DNA from: Perkinsus chesapeaki ATCC PRA-425
Lineage: Eukaryota; Protista; Perkinsozoa
Direction: 5' to 3'
DNA: 64,000 bases
Assembly (NCBI GenBank): GCA_013115145.1
Contig: JAAPAO010000023.1
Span: 65,438-129,437 of the forward strand
In this document: piece by piece, positions 26,431-38,869 of the stretch
Position numbering within the stretch: the stretch's first letter is position 1
Layout of the letters: each line of letters opens with the position of its first letter
Notes under the pieces: model-generated
The model's input: the letters and a program-made list of their open reading frames with translations, nothing else
What the model was told of the DNA's origin: nothing
Databases searched by the model: none
Made by a program: the position numbers and the translations under genes

Positions 26431-29168
26431 ATGGATGACCGCGCGCCAGTTAATTGCCTTTGGTAAGATTTTTCACTCTCCAAAGCGTTCTTTCAGTCGC
26501 CAACTCCCCGCAGGTTCAATTCTTCCGTTTTTCATTTCAGCTCGAAATTCTTCCAATATTTTTCAGGATCCCGTGATCGTGGACGTGATCGTCATCACAG
26601 TCATAGGCACCACAGACATCACGAGTAAGCCATTTAGTATCTTCAGGTCACCCGCTTGAACTTAGACTTAGATTGGAGTCGTCAGGTTCTATTGGAATTT
26701 TCAGGCGCAGTGACTTATTGCTAGGAGGTCTCTGTTTTTTCTTTTTAGTCGCAGTGATGACCGTGACAGCTCGACAGAGCGCGAGAAGTCCAGACGCCGA
26801 GCTCAGCGAGAGTAAGGAGGAGTATCTTTAGGTCAAGTTGGTGACTCCTCCTGCTGCTGCTCTTCAGTTTCCTCAATAAATCATCTCATCAAGCTGGCAC
26901 TAATTCTAATATGTTCTGGGATGGTTTCCAATGGATCCCTAAGATCGGCACTCAGGACTCGGCACAGCACAACGCAACGAGGAAGAACCGACGACTCTAT
27001 GTTGCGAATCTGCCTATCCAGCTAGGTGCGTCCCGGGATGGGCTATCAGTCATCCTCCCTACTTCGTCTGAGTAGCGCCTCTATTAGAGACTTATAGAGA
27101 TTCTCTTGAGCAACTCGTATAGCTATTTTGTCTTTGCGAAATTCGGTCCCCCGAAAAAACCTTCCCACATGTTTGTGGTATCTTGTGGGGTGTATACTGC
27201 AAGCGTCGACCTCCATGCTCGTTTGTGTTCGCCCGAACACTAAAACATTACGACTCCACCACCATGACGATCTCTATCGATTTTGAGTAATGTTCACAAA
27301 GTAGATGTCAGATCCAATTTTTGCTCGACAAAAATGTGCGCATACGAGTGAGCGATTTCCAGAGTTGTATACGTAGTCAAATAATATTTTCCACGGAACT
27401 GCAACACAATACGGTGGCAACTCAGCCATGGCCGAGTGACAACTTGTCACTTAACTTGGCTACACCTACGCTTGCCATCATCCGTATGGGAGGGTGGTGG
27501 TATGGTTTAGTAACGTATAGGTGATAGATAGTGATATCGACCTACAGGAAGCTGTGAAGTGTATCTCTATCGTTTGCAATGTAGCTATTGTATTATTCAT
27601 TGCTATTATGTACCCAAATCCGAGTATCCGAGTAGTATGTAGCTATGATGCCATCATCACCTCATAGTCGAGGCTTCCCTATGTCCTGTTGAAGAAATCT
27701 TTCTACCATCACGTTATACTTTTCAATTGCCTGCTTGGTCAGAGGGGTCGAGATCTCATCGATTCGGGAAGTACTGTTTACATTTTCGTTGTGGATTGTG
27801 GTTGATTCGGTGGATTGGTGCTACTCAGACGAAATTATATTATCTCTCCAATGCTGTATTTTATCATCAGGTCTAACTGAGGAGTTCCTCGGCCAACAGC
27901 TCTTCGCTGCTCTTCGTGAAAGAGGATGCATTGCTCCGGATGGCCACAGTCCTGTACTCCATGTTTGGTTTGCTCGGGAGAAGGGTGGTACGATCGCTAC
28001 GTGCTTGATGGCACCCACCGTCTGGTCAGGTAATTACGGCTTCGTTGAATTCGCCACGCTAGAGGACACGGAGAACGCCCTGGCTCTTGATGGTAAGGAA
28101 GGAGGTCGGCGAATTTCATGGCGCGCGGTAATTTGTGGCTATAGGACTCGTGGTAATGGGTGCTCCTATTACGATTCGTCGACCGTCGGATTACCAAGAC
28201 TCCACGGTACCGATGCTGAACGACTCTGTTGTGGCTGCGGCTGCGGCGGCGGCAGCGAACAGTAGGACGATCCGAGAAGGGGGAATGTAGTGGACTTGTT
28301 TTGTTAGGTGCAGTTGGCAATCTTGGTGGTCAAGCTACCAGTCGTATTGTTAGATTTGCACAGGTAATGCTTGCTTGGGTGAAGATAGTCGTGGGTTGGT
28401 CTTTGTGTTATGGGATGGACTCGAGGGGGCTGTCCGCGGTATGGCGTATTACAGAGCTGTTTATTAGTACTTATACAATAATATATTATCTTTGATATAG
28501 GAAGTCGCTTAATATCAGTTATTGCATTCATCTACTATTGCTTCCAATGTTAATCTCATTCAAAGTTGATATTGACCTACTTTAATTAGCTCCGACATCG
28601 TCGCCACATAAGGGCCTTTGGAAGGTATCTTTCGATCAGCCTCCAAACAATTGAAATCAGTAGTGTACCTGTGTAGTTCTCTACATGTCTTTATGAGAAA
28701 AATTTGCGGGACTTCTGGTGGTGTGGGAATTGGGGGATATATTCTTGTATTAGGTCGTGCGTGTTGGACCAAACACTAGAAGGGAGGAGTATATGGATGT
28801 CATTGAGGATATGAAAGGAGGCTGCGGCGATTTCGGCAAGCTTGATGCTGTCTACATTGCATCGGCCGACGTTCATGTAGAGTTGCAGCTGAGCGGTATG
28901 GGAAATTATTCATTGGTGTGCAGGACCCATCAACTCAAGGGCTTGTGCTGGCCGCTGGTGATGTGTGTTTGGAGTACTCTGATCTTGGAGGTGAGGAAAA
29001 GTCGGTATGAGTGGGGCTATCAGCTAGGTGGTGTCAGGCGCGGAGGCATGCATGAAGGGAATGCAAGGACGTAAATATGACGGTCAAGTTGTTCATATGA
29101 CAAGCGTCGATGAGGAGACATGGCAGAATCTGGCCAAGTACATGGGCGCTGGGCTTCGGACGAGTTAG
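26431..29168 (+). CDS. U2AF large subunit (U2AF65)-like splicing factor: RS region, RRM, UHM
   Basis: RS/RD-rich exons, then NRRLYVANLP, GNYGFVEFATLEDTENALALDG, IRRPSDY, EEYMDVIEDMKGGCGDFG and GRKYDGQVV...TAG at 29166-29168. Start codon uncertain. Confidence 0.75.
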
Positions 29169-29909
29169 TAGGGTTTCGGTGTTTAGGCCCGTTCTGGTGG
29201 AGATGGACGCCGCTTTGGGTATATTGTAGAAGACGAAGGCGCGCGGTAATTGATGATGATGATGATGACAACATACACCAAGCTGCCGGTTCGACCATCT
29301 TGTCATTGTCCGGCGACAGCTGTAATTTTCCTATGCTGCTTATCGAACTATGGCTCCAACGGTGGTGGTAGAAGTGCTGTTAGTAGTGGTAGTGGCTAAA
29401 TACCATCACGTACAATTGTGGTTCGATCACAGTCTTTGCGGGGTTGAGTTGATGGTGGTGGGCTTGTCGGAGTGTTTCTAGTTTTGGTAATAATGTCAGA
29501 TTCACCAGTGTCATCATCGTCGGAGGCCAACAGCATTGGTCATGGAGCAGCTAAGGCAATTACTTCATCTGTGTACGAAATGGATGGGGCCATGTAGGAG
29601 GGGTGGTATAGAGCAGCAGCATATTACACCTCATAGGGGACTAATAATCGAGTGTCACCGCCGCCGCCGCTCGAGAAAAGGATAGTGTTATTATCATCGA
29701 CAGATGATAATAACATTCTTTGATTCCCTTGCTGAAGTCTTAAAGCATCATCTTGTATATTATTTTAGCGCCTGCAATGTTACTTGACGACATTGCGCTT
29801 TACTATGATACTTGTCTGTTCTGACCACCGTTTAAGTGTTTGGATTTGCTAAGACGTTCTTCACTGGTACATCCTCCCTCGTAGGCAACACAACCCTGGT
29901 TTTGATGAA

Positions 29910-32900
29910 ATGAGGGATCACCACCACGGTGAGGAGGAAGAAGGAGGGCTTAGATCACCTGGCCAGGAGACGGTAGTAGCGAGTGTGGTAGCATGTGATG
30001 GTGGTGGTGGCAAGGAGTGCTTTCAGACCTCTAGTAGTGGATTCTCACAAAATATGGATATGGACATCAATACGGTGGGAGTGTTCGGTAAGGCTGGAGC
30101 TCGCTCTTTTCGTGGATGACATCTTATTACTGTCCCTATCGGGATGGGTACTTCCATGACATCTTTGCAGTCCTTAGTTCCCTGTATAACCATAAGTGTT
30201 ACGGTTTTCCCTCAAACCACTTGGGGTCTCTGAGGCTTGTTTACAAGGCTGTATGGACTTTTACCAAGGCCTAACTATGGCCGCAATATTACTAATATAT
30301 TTCGAAGCTCCATCTTTTAGTTTTTCGGGTTTACCTGGATTCGTTTTGTGTCTCAAACTATTAACCTCTGCTCTCAATGTCACCCCTATTACTACTCCTT
30401 TCCCCCTTCAGACCCGAAACAGAGCAAGTTATCTGTACGGAAGATATCGGGTGCTAGTGACATGCCTGATCATGTAGGTTGGTGACACTAGTAGTGCGTG
30501 TCATGGTCCATCTCGTCAGGTTACGGACTTCAGTTCATTGTCGAAGCCAGCGAAGATAGCGGCCTTGTGTGTGGAGAAAGTTCCTGCCTGGAAGGGGCGA
30601 GTTCATCCGGCTGATGTAGGAAGGAGCGATGAAGTTGCAGATTGGTTTGAAGTTGATCGATAATTAATTTCCGAGGTTGCTTCCTTTTACTGAATACAGC
30701 CCGACGCAATGGAGTAGAAGAATCCGTATTTGTTAGCTAATGGTGCACGATATTGAGAATATGAAGATATTCGGGCTGTTCAATAAAGCGTTCCTGAAAC
30801 TCAGGAACGTGCCTAGGAAGGGAAGTGCAACATTTGTGTTCATAAGACCGTGCCCAGGAACGGTCCAGGGAACGATCCCAGGAACGTCCTCCGGCACGTT
30901 CAAAAAACTTCAAGAACGATCCCAGGAACGTCCTCCGGCACGTTCAAAAAACTTCAAGAACGATCCCAGGACCGTTCCTCGGCACGGCATTTTCAGGAAC
31001 ACTCCACACCGTTCCTGAGAATTTTCTGGCGCGTGACTTGAGCGCCGGCGTAACTGATTTGTCAGTTCCGGACACTCATCCTACCAGCGAAGTGAACTCT
31101 TTGAATATGACGATATTGAAAGCGAATAGTCGGTGCTTCGCTCCGCTAGGATTATTGTATTTTTAGGTTGAGATAAATCAACTATGTGAAGGCCTGTCCA
31201 ACCAATTGTTTAGAGTGTCCTTGCCGAACCCTCGGGCAACCTCCTCAGCATCAGACAGCCCGACGGATCAGGAGGAGCCAGTAGCGTTCACCAGAGTACT
31301 TTTTAGGTAGGCGGAGCGAAGTTTTGTTGTTCGATTTTTCGTCAGGATTTACGGTAAGGACGCGAAGTCGTTCTATGACCCTGTCTACGAATTGAAGGTC
31401 TTTAAGACGCTTTCACGGTATCGCATAGCACCGCAGTTGATTGCCTATGTAGGATGAGTTGTGGAGAGAGCGGTAGAAGATTCTTGGCGTTCTAGGGTGA
31501 TGGTTGGCGCATAGAAGAATGGCATGCTTCGATTGCAGTGCCGACTAAGCTGCTCGGAAACCCGAGTATCTTTTGCCAGGTAGGAGCAGGAAAGATACGC
31601 GGAAGGTTGATAAAGGTGTATTCAGATCGCATCGCAGCTTGGTCGATTTCACAAGCTCGATCAGCGTCAGGACTTCCCAAGATCCTTCAGCACGGAGCCG
31701 GCTACTATCAAGCGATTGAGGTGACGAGATGGATGCGCTTCGCTCCGCTAAAGCATCTCGTTTTTAGGAGTTGGGCAGCTGAGGCCGAGAAAGTATCTTT
31801 TAAGGAGCCAGAACAGCGAAGGAAGCTCGAGCGGCTACATGTTGATAGAATGGTTGAAGAGGCTGGGTGAGCTGAGTTGTGGACAAAGGGGGGGTCTTGT
31901 AGGATTATATTTGCGGGAAAATCGGTATGAAGGAAATATAGAGGGACATCGATTGTGCTATGGCAGTATATTTGCATCATACTTCGTATTAGTTGAATTC
32001 CCGCAATGATGACTTATTTTGAGGCAATTTTCGGGAGAAAACTGACCGTTAGGCGGCTGGATGGATAAACCCCTAATCGCCGGGAGTCGTAAGCGAGTAG
32101 TCGTTTGCTTGTTCGCCGCCGCCGCCGCCGTCTGCCCGAGTGAATTTGGCGTTGGGGTGGGCCAGTCGGTTTGTCATGAGTGGTTTGCTGTTTGTAATAA
32201 TTGTTGATGATTTAGATGGCTGATCGACTATCTTACCCAGAATCAAGAGGACATAGTAAAAGGGCAAGGCATGGATATAGTGTTCTCTCATAATGATGTA
32301 CCAACATGGCTGCTACCTGTAGTAGAGCTGTTGCTTGCTTGTGTAGGTGCAAGAAAACAATATACTTCAAACGCAGTATGGTCTCAGACTTATTGACTTT
32401 GAATATGCACATTATAATTATCAAGCTTATGATATTGCCAATCTCTTCTGTGAGTTCACTATGGACTATACCGAGAAGTAGGCATCACGGTGGAGCTGTG
32501 GTGAAGGGGCGGCGGCGGCCCGGAGGTTGACAGTCTTGCTCATCGGCTCCCTCGTTAATCCCATAATCGCTGGGATTCCCTTTCCCCCGGAAACGTGCCA
32601 CGTGGAGCTATATATTCCTGTACTGTAATGTAGTTTGTTTCAGGCACTACCCGTTCTTCGCTACGGATCTGGCAGCATATCCGGATGAGCAAAAGCAGCG
32701 GATGTTCTTGAGCGTGTATCTTTCCGAGTAGGTTGGCTCCACTGGGGTTGGGGTGAGGTTGCATCGCACCGCCGCCGATTTAGGTATTTGGAAACACCTA
32801 TTTTCCCTGATAACGACCTTTATATTCTTCCTTTAATGAAGAATGTCTCCAAGTTTGCGTTGGCCTCCCATCTGCTTTGGGGTCTTTGGAGCGTCATCCG

Positions 32901-33167
32901 AGCACCTCAGGCACCGACATATGACGACTTTGATTTTCTTGTGTAAGTTGAGCTCTGAGGTATCAAGCGAGGTTCAAGCTCAGATACGCGAAGTTCCGTT
33001 TCGACTCTTATTTTCGGATGAAGAACATTATTCTATCTGAGGACAAGGAGGCTACTGAAAAGCATGATGCCGAGTTGCTGAGGAAGCAGTTGCAATTAGA
33101 GCTTCAAGAACAGAGAAATAGCAATAGTGGAAATGTACTGACGAGGGATAGAACCGAGGGTCTTTAA
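29910..33167 (+). CDS. Choline/ethanolamine kinase
   Basis: Exons give LCVEKVPAW, INQLCEGLSNQLFRV, VLFRIYG, the Brenner motif VFSHNDVQENNIL, LIDFEYAHYNYQAYDIANLFCE and LASHLLWGLWSVI. Start approximate. Confidence 0.9.
30790..31020. repeat. Intronic 44-bp tandem repeat (2 full copies plus a partial) bounded by GTTCCTGA/TCAGGAAC inverted repeats; MITE-like
   Basis: Unit AACGATCCCAGGAACGTCCTCCGGCACGTTCAAAAAACTTCAAG at 30871 and 30915, partial at 30959. Inverted pair GTTCCTGAAA (30790) / TTTCAGGAAC (30991). Confidence 0.8.
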
Positions 33168-33534
33168 ATTGATAGATGAGCGCTCTCCCCGTTGAGCTAT
33201 TAAGACGGTCTTTTCAGATACATCCGAAGGATGTGCGGCGGTACATTGGTTTCTTCCGTGGCATAGAAATCGGCGCGGTGGCGCTGTCCATTGGCCTTTC
33301 CCTCGGCACGGTGTTTGGAATCCTTAATTATCGTAATGGTAGAAATTTATCATAAAATACCTCAAGTGAGATATGTTAATCTCCTTGTAAGATTTACCAT
33401 TGTAGAACAGCAGTTTCAGCGTCGTTCGCAGTGCTCATCTTCCTACTTTCAGTTGTGATTAAAAATGTGTTGAGTGTCGGGGCTGGGGTTCGAACCGGGG
33501 ACCTCGGAAGTTGGTTGCATTATTTTTTCTCGTT

Positions 33535-36500
33535 ATGGCTGAACAGCATCAGCAAAATGGTGTAACGCCACCGAACATGCGAGTGCGGCAAAATCCATTC
33601 GCGAGTCAGCAGAATGGGGGGCAGGCTGGATGGTACCGTCGCTGGGATTCGAACCCGGGTCATCGGATGCGGAGTTTTCGTAGGTACCAGCAACCGCAGC
33701 CACAGGCGGCATCCTCAGGGCAGCCGCCCTTGAAGCCTCAAGCGCCGCCTGCGGTGCACGCTCCTGCTCCTGCAGGGGGGGTAACGGCTCCGTGGAATAG
33801 AGTGCATGCCCCCGGTACGGAGAGCAGTGGTGCGGTGGGGTCAGGTAGGATGGGGATTGATGATTGGTTTTGGTACTTGCAACTTAGGTCACACTGGTGG
33901 GTATACTAGTAGCGGAGTCGAGAGTCCATGGGGAGCATCTGGGGTAGGTCCAATCCAGGCTGCTGCTGCTGCTGAGAGAAATGGTGGAGTCATTCAGGGC
34001 GTTCCATCGGGGATGAGTCGAGTTCACGCTAGCGGTGGCGGCCAGGACCATTACCATCAGCAGCAACAACAACCCCAATCGATACACTCACCATTCGGCA
34101 GTGCGACCACGGGCTCGCCGTTCACACAGAGCGACCAGCAGAGCGCAGCGAAGCATTACCAACCTCAACAACAACAACAGGAGCATCATTCGAATGCTCA
34201 AGGTGAATAGGTGATGATGGAGACTGGGAGGAAGGGGTGTCGGTCAGGCCGGATGGAACAGCAGCAGCATCAGACAAGTCGGCAGCAACAGCAGTCTGGT
34301 GGGGGCTTTGCAGATCAACTGGTGGGAGCAGCATTCAATGCAGCGGCAAAGACAGCATTCGGAGGAAGTGGCCAAGGCGGTCAAGGTAATAGGGGAGGGT
34401 ACGTCTGAGTATCTCAAAGATGTCATCACTTGCGCACAGTTATATAATGTAAAGAATCCTAGTTCTTCTTGGTTGATTGTTCTGAGGCACGTGTGTTTTA
34501 TAATTTCATATGGTCAGCTTGCGGGAGGCGTTGATCTTGACGTCGTGTAGATCTCTAGTCACCCCATAGACCAGTTGAACTTGCGGGGTCTCGGCGAACT
34601 TGGGGAGACTTGTGCTGTTATTCTTGGCTCTCGCGGGCTTGCGCTGCAAATCCCTCCCCTATGGATGGCCGGGCTGCCCTTATTACGGCAATGGTTGCTT
34701 AGGTAGTGGTAGCGGCAACGATGAGATGATGGGGGCTGTTATGAGCCAGGTAACGATGGACGGAGAAAGGTCCAATGCCTTCCGAGTCAGGTCGGGCAGA
34801 ATTTGTACCAACAGGCGGAGCAGTCAGGATGGACCAAATTCGTGCCTTGGGGGTTTGACAGTAAGTTAGAGCAGCATTAGCGCCGCTGATGGGTGTGGGA
34901 GGCAGAGTTGGATCAGGTTTGCGACCGTACTTTAACATCACGCACAGTTACGTGAAGTGGAAATGCCTGTTTTTAATGATACCGTTTGTGAAGTAAGAGG
35001 CTGCTGATGGGCGTTGTTGAGCGTCATTTTGGTCAGGCGGCTGTTCCAACCGGGGAAGAGCCAGAGGCACTATAGTGTGGATAATGAGATGGATAACGTA
35101 AGCAACCTCGGGAGAATCTTAGCGAGTTTGGTGGCTCAGTTGCAAGCTCCGACTCAGCGGACCGGAGACCCTAACGAGGGAGTAGCGCTGCGATTTGTAA
35201 TAGAGTCAGTGATGTCTGGCTGGTGGCGATCTCATCATGGCAGGTTCCGGACCGCCGACCAGATATGTACATCCCTTTGATGAGTTTTATTACATATGTG
35301 TTGGCGTACGCAATCATAAAGGTGAGGATCGTGGGGAGCGAAGTTGAGATAACTTGTCAGCCTTCTTTAACCCAACTCAACGGTTTATTGGTCGACACGT
35401 TTGCCTAGAAATGTTGGCGGTGCCTTGTTGGATTTCCTTAATACTATCAAAGACATATGTGAAAAATAATATATTGTTATAGTATAATGAAGAATATCTC
35501 CAGTAGTATCATTATGCTTGTTTTGTGATCATGATTATACTTGTATTACAAAAATGAATGGTTAATGATTTACCGCAAGATGGCCGGCCCAATGGAAGTC
35601 TCATGTGGGTATCCTATTTAGGGTGCTGCTGATGACGGTTCTTTCCATCCGGATGTCCTCTATGACACTGCTACCTTTGCCGCGGTAAGCTCGATGTTGT
35701 TATCCCTGTTTGTTACCTCCACCTCCTCCATTCCCAGGTACTATCAGTAATAGAATTGGTGCTAGCCAGAGGAGCTGGATACTTCGCTAATATGACCAGG
35801 TAAGAGTGGCGGCACGTATAGGAGTTACGATCTATGTAATGGCGGCTGGGGCGCTCCTCCCTCCGTCTCTTCCGTGATTATTGTTGCATTACTCTGACAG
35901 TTGGTGAAATGCATCAATTTTGTTGGGTGCGTATTAGCGGGTAAAAATTAAGAGCATTCAGTAAGCGTGCTGTGGTGCTTTATGAAACGTAAGTAGTCAT
36001 TTGATGACCTAATAAGAAGTGGGCTGGGGTCAACGCAGCGGCAAGTAGTCTGTGTTATGCTAATCACTGCTGCATACTGTCAGTTTGCGGCTGTTGGACT
36101 TGGTATGTGTTATCGGTTACAAGTACTTCCACTTGTCGGTCTACTGCATTACCCGGATACTCTTCTCCAGCAAGATCACAACGGTAATAAGCCCGGCAGT
36201 TCATCAATGGTAATGACTTGGACTTATCAGCCTTACTTCTGGTGGGGGTTGCTCGGTTACCTCTCCCTAGCAGCAGCCTATGCATGCTTGGTGTCGCTGC
36301 AGTACTTTACAACGTAAGTCATATGACCAGACTGGGGGGATTCAAAGGTGCTATTACTATTAGATATAAGACGGCGATGCAAGCCCACTTGGAGGTCTCG
36401 GGGACGCATACGAGCGTGCTTGTTAAGTACGTGGTGTTTGCTATAGCTCTAGCGCAGGTAATAAGCATTCGGGTAGGAGCGACGGAAGAGATAGGGGGTG

Positions 36501-36751
36501 CTCGGTGACGGGTGGGAAATGCGATCCTGAGAAAGTGTGGTAGAAAAGGTGTTCGCAATGAAAAGTGGAAGCATCATGGTTGCCTGACAGAGTGGCATTG
36601 GTGAGACGAGTGAATAGAGAGTTGATTGACGTTGATTTGCTGACGTGCAACTCATCGATAGCCTCCTGGTCTCAGACGGTAGCCTTCTTTATGTTGTTAG
36701 ATACCATTATGCTGGTTATTGGCACCATCACTGAACACCACATCAATGTGA
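33535..36751 (+). CDS. YIF1: YIF1/Hrf1-family ER-Golgi membrane protein with long Q/G-rich N-terminus
   Basis: PDMYIPLMSFITYVLAYAIIK matches the YIF1 PDLYIP motif; hydrophobic C-terminal exons end ALAQ|IPLCWLLAPSLNTTSM-TGA. Confidence 0.8.
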
Positions 36752-36941
36752 AGAGGGACAGGCGGTCATTGCTGTATCCTACCGATGCCTGGCACTGTTG
36801 AATAGTATTATTGTAAATGCGAACTAGGGAAGAAGGTTTGCTTTATTGACATTTTCTCACGCGCCGCGAGTTTTGTGTTCGCTGTCCCCCTTCGAGTCGT
36901 CGGTGGATTTCACCGTACCGCGTTTGATCGCATGTCCCGTG

Positions 36942-38780
36942 ATGGCAACTGAGGACTTCATTCGGATTCAAGAGGAATGCAGCAGGATGGTTCTGAGAGA
37001 GCAGATGGGTGGCCGACGTCCAATAGCTGGTACGAAAAATGTGAAACATGAAACGCTTCGCTCCGCTAAGCTTTTCTTGTCAGGTGAATACACTTGCCAC
37101 TCCTGTACAGGCATGTCCCAAGAAGCTATGAATAAGTTGATTGCCGCCTTGCCGTATCGGAGAGCTAGTAGAAGTCACCGAAGAGCGGTATCTGACCCTG
37201 GCACTGGGGGAAGGGGACAGCAGCTTTGTGCAACACAAGCCTGGTCGGGGCCGGTGAGCCAGGGTGCGGCAACTGGTCGCTGTGGTGATGATGATGGTTC
37301 CTCCTCCTCTGGTTTGTCAACTGGTCAGCTTGGATACATCACTGGCCTCGAGGAGCCTCGAAATGGATGGCCGAGTTCTTCAAGAAGTGTCTCCGAGGTG
37401 GGCTGCGGCTGCTGCTGGTGTGATGCCAAGCTTTGCTGTTGCTCAGTGTCATAGTGAATGGAGATTCACTTATGGGCCGGTGAGCTATATCACCGCGGGA
37501 GATTCCAGCGAGTGCAGTAGTAATGGCGGCTGTCCTGTGGTGGGGAGGGATGCTGGGAGGTTGGAGGCAGCAGATAGGTTGCACTTGAAAGTAAGGCACG
37601 GGGGCGTCACTGTTGTTGTACTGGTTATGTCGGACAGGTTCATCGTATGGGGCAGGAGCCGTCGGAGGTTGAGGATATCAGCAGCGTGGACTCTGAACGG
37701 GCGGCGAATGTGTCGCTGACACCGTTGGTATCGCCGAGGCTGCCAGATGAGGAGGGGAGTTGTGGGAAAGTTGGTATGCGTGCAGAGATATGTGTAAAGT
37801 ACCGTGGCGTACCGTCGGCGAGCCTTGCTAGAGCGGGACGCCGAGCGAAGACGGCTTCTGACCAGAAGCCTACGAGCCGGGCAAAGAAGTTGGTAGGTAA
37901 CGATCTTAGGGCTGTCAGGGGAACTGGGCTTGACAAGAGAGAACGGACAGCAGCGGTGGCAAAGGCGGCACCGTGTGAGGTACTGAAGCCGGCAATGAAG
38001 GCCGCACCGTGTGAGGTACTGAAGCCGGCAGTGAAGGCGGCACCGTGTGAGGTACTGAAGCCGGCAGTGACGGAGGTTATGAGGCCTGTTGGTCCTCGGA
38101 AGATGGCACCTGTCAATGGCTCGATGTCGGATACAGAGGTGGTTGTCAAGACTGTTGCAAGGCACTATCTTCAACGACGATCAGCATCTGTGACGCCTAG
38201 GGTAGCTTTAAGGGAGCCGAAGAGGGTACGAAAGAAGGTGAGGTCGAGTGTTGGTAAGGTTGAGGAAAGATCTGCGGCCCTGCCGCCTAGACGGGGAGGG
38301 TCTGGGTATTCCGAGGCGCGTCGGAAGGTGCTTCAGCGGACGAGAGAGAGGTATCTTTTGAAGCAGGCAGCGTTTAAGTTGTGGGTGGAGGTTAAGCGTG
38401 ATCTTAGAGCTAGAAAAGATACTGAGAGAGCCACTAGGGGGATTACTGGGCAAGTGCCGGTGACTAAGCCTCGTGATGTGTGCCACACACGGACGTCGCT
38501 CCTGCGCAACTCGGCGAAGCTGCTGGTCTCGTCGACCGAAGAGAGGAGTCCTCTCCCCAGCCCTGCGGTCAGGCGGCCACCGGCATCTGTGAAGTTGCCT
38601 AAGGCTTGCAGGTTCTGTGATGAGCCTCGCTCGGTGAGTGATGTTCGAGCAAGGTATGCCGAGTGGGTTAGTAGGGAGGCTGAGGCCCGGGTAATGCCGT
38701 GGAGGGCTGGCATGAATTTTAGTCTGGACGGGTATCTTAAGGAATACACCGTTAAAGCTGATCATGGTTCATCCTCTTGA
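36942..38780 (+). CDS. Hypothetical basic protein, multi-exon, with internal 11-aa repeats
   Basis: Short 5' exons (MATEDFIRIQEEC...) with GT-AG introns and a 377-codon terminal ORF; no family recognised. Confidence 0.55.
37962..38060 (+). repeat. 33-bp coding tandem repeat x3 (KAAPCEVLKPA[M/V])
   Basis: Directly visible near-perfect repeats. Confidence 0.9.
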
Positions 38781-38869
38781 TGTCATCGGTCTCATCATGT
38801 GTTGTGTTCGAGTGCGGCAATGGTATGGTGTAGTTTCTTGACATCGTCGTCGTCTGACTCAACATCACT

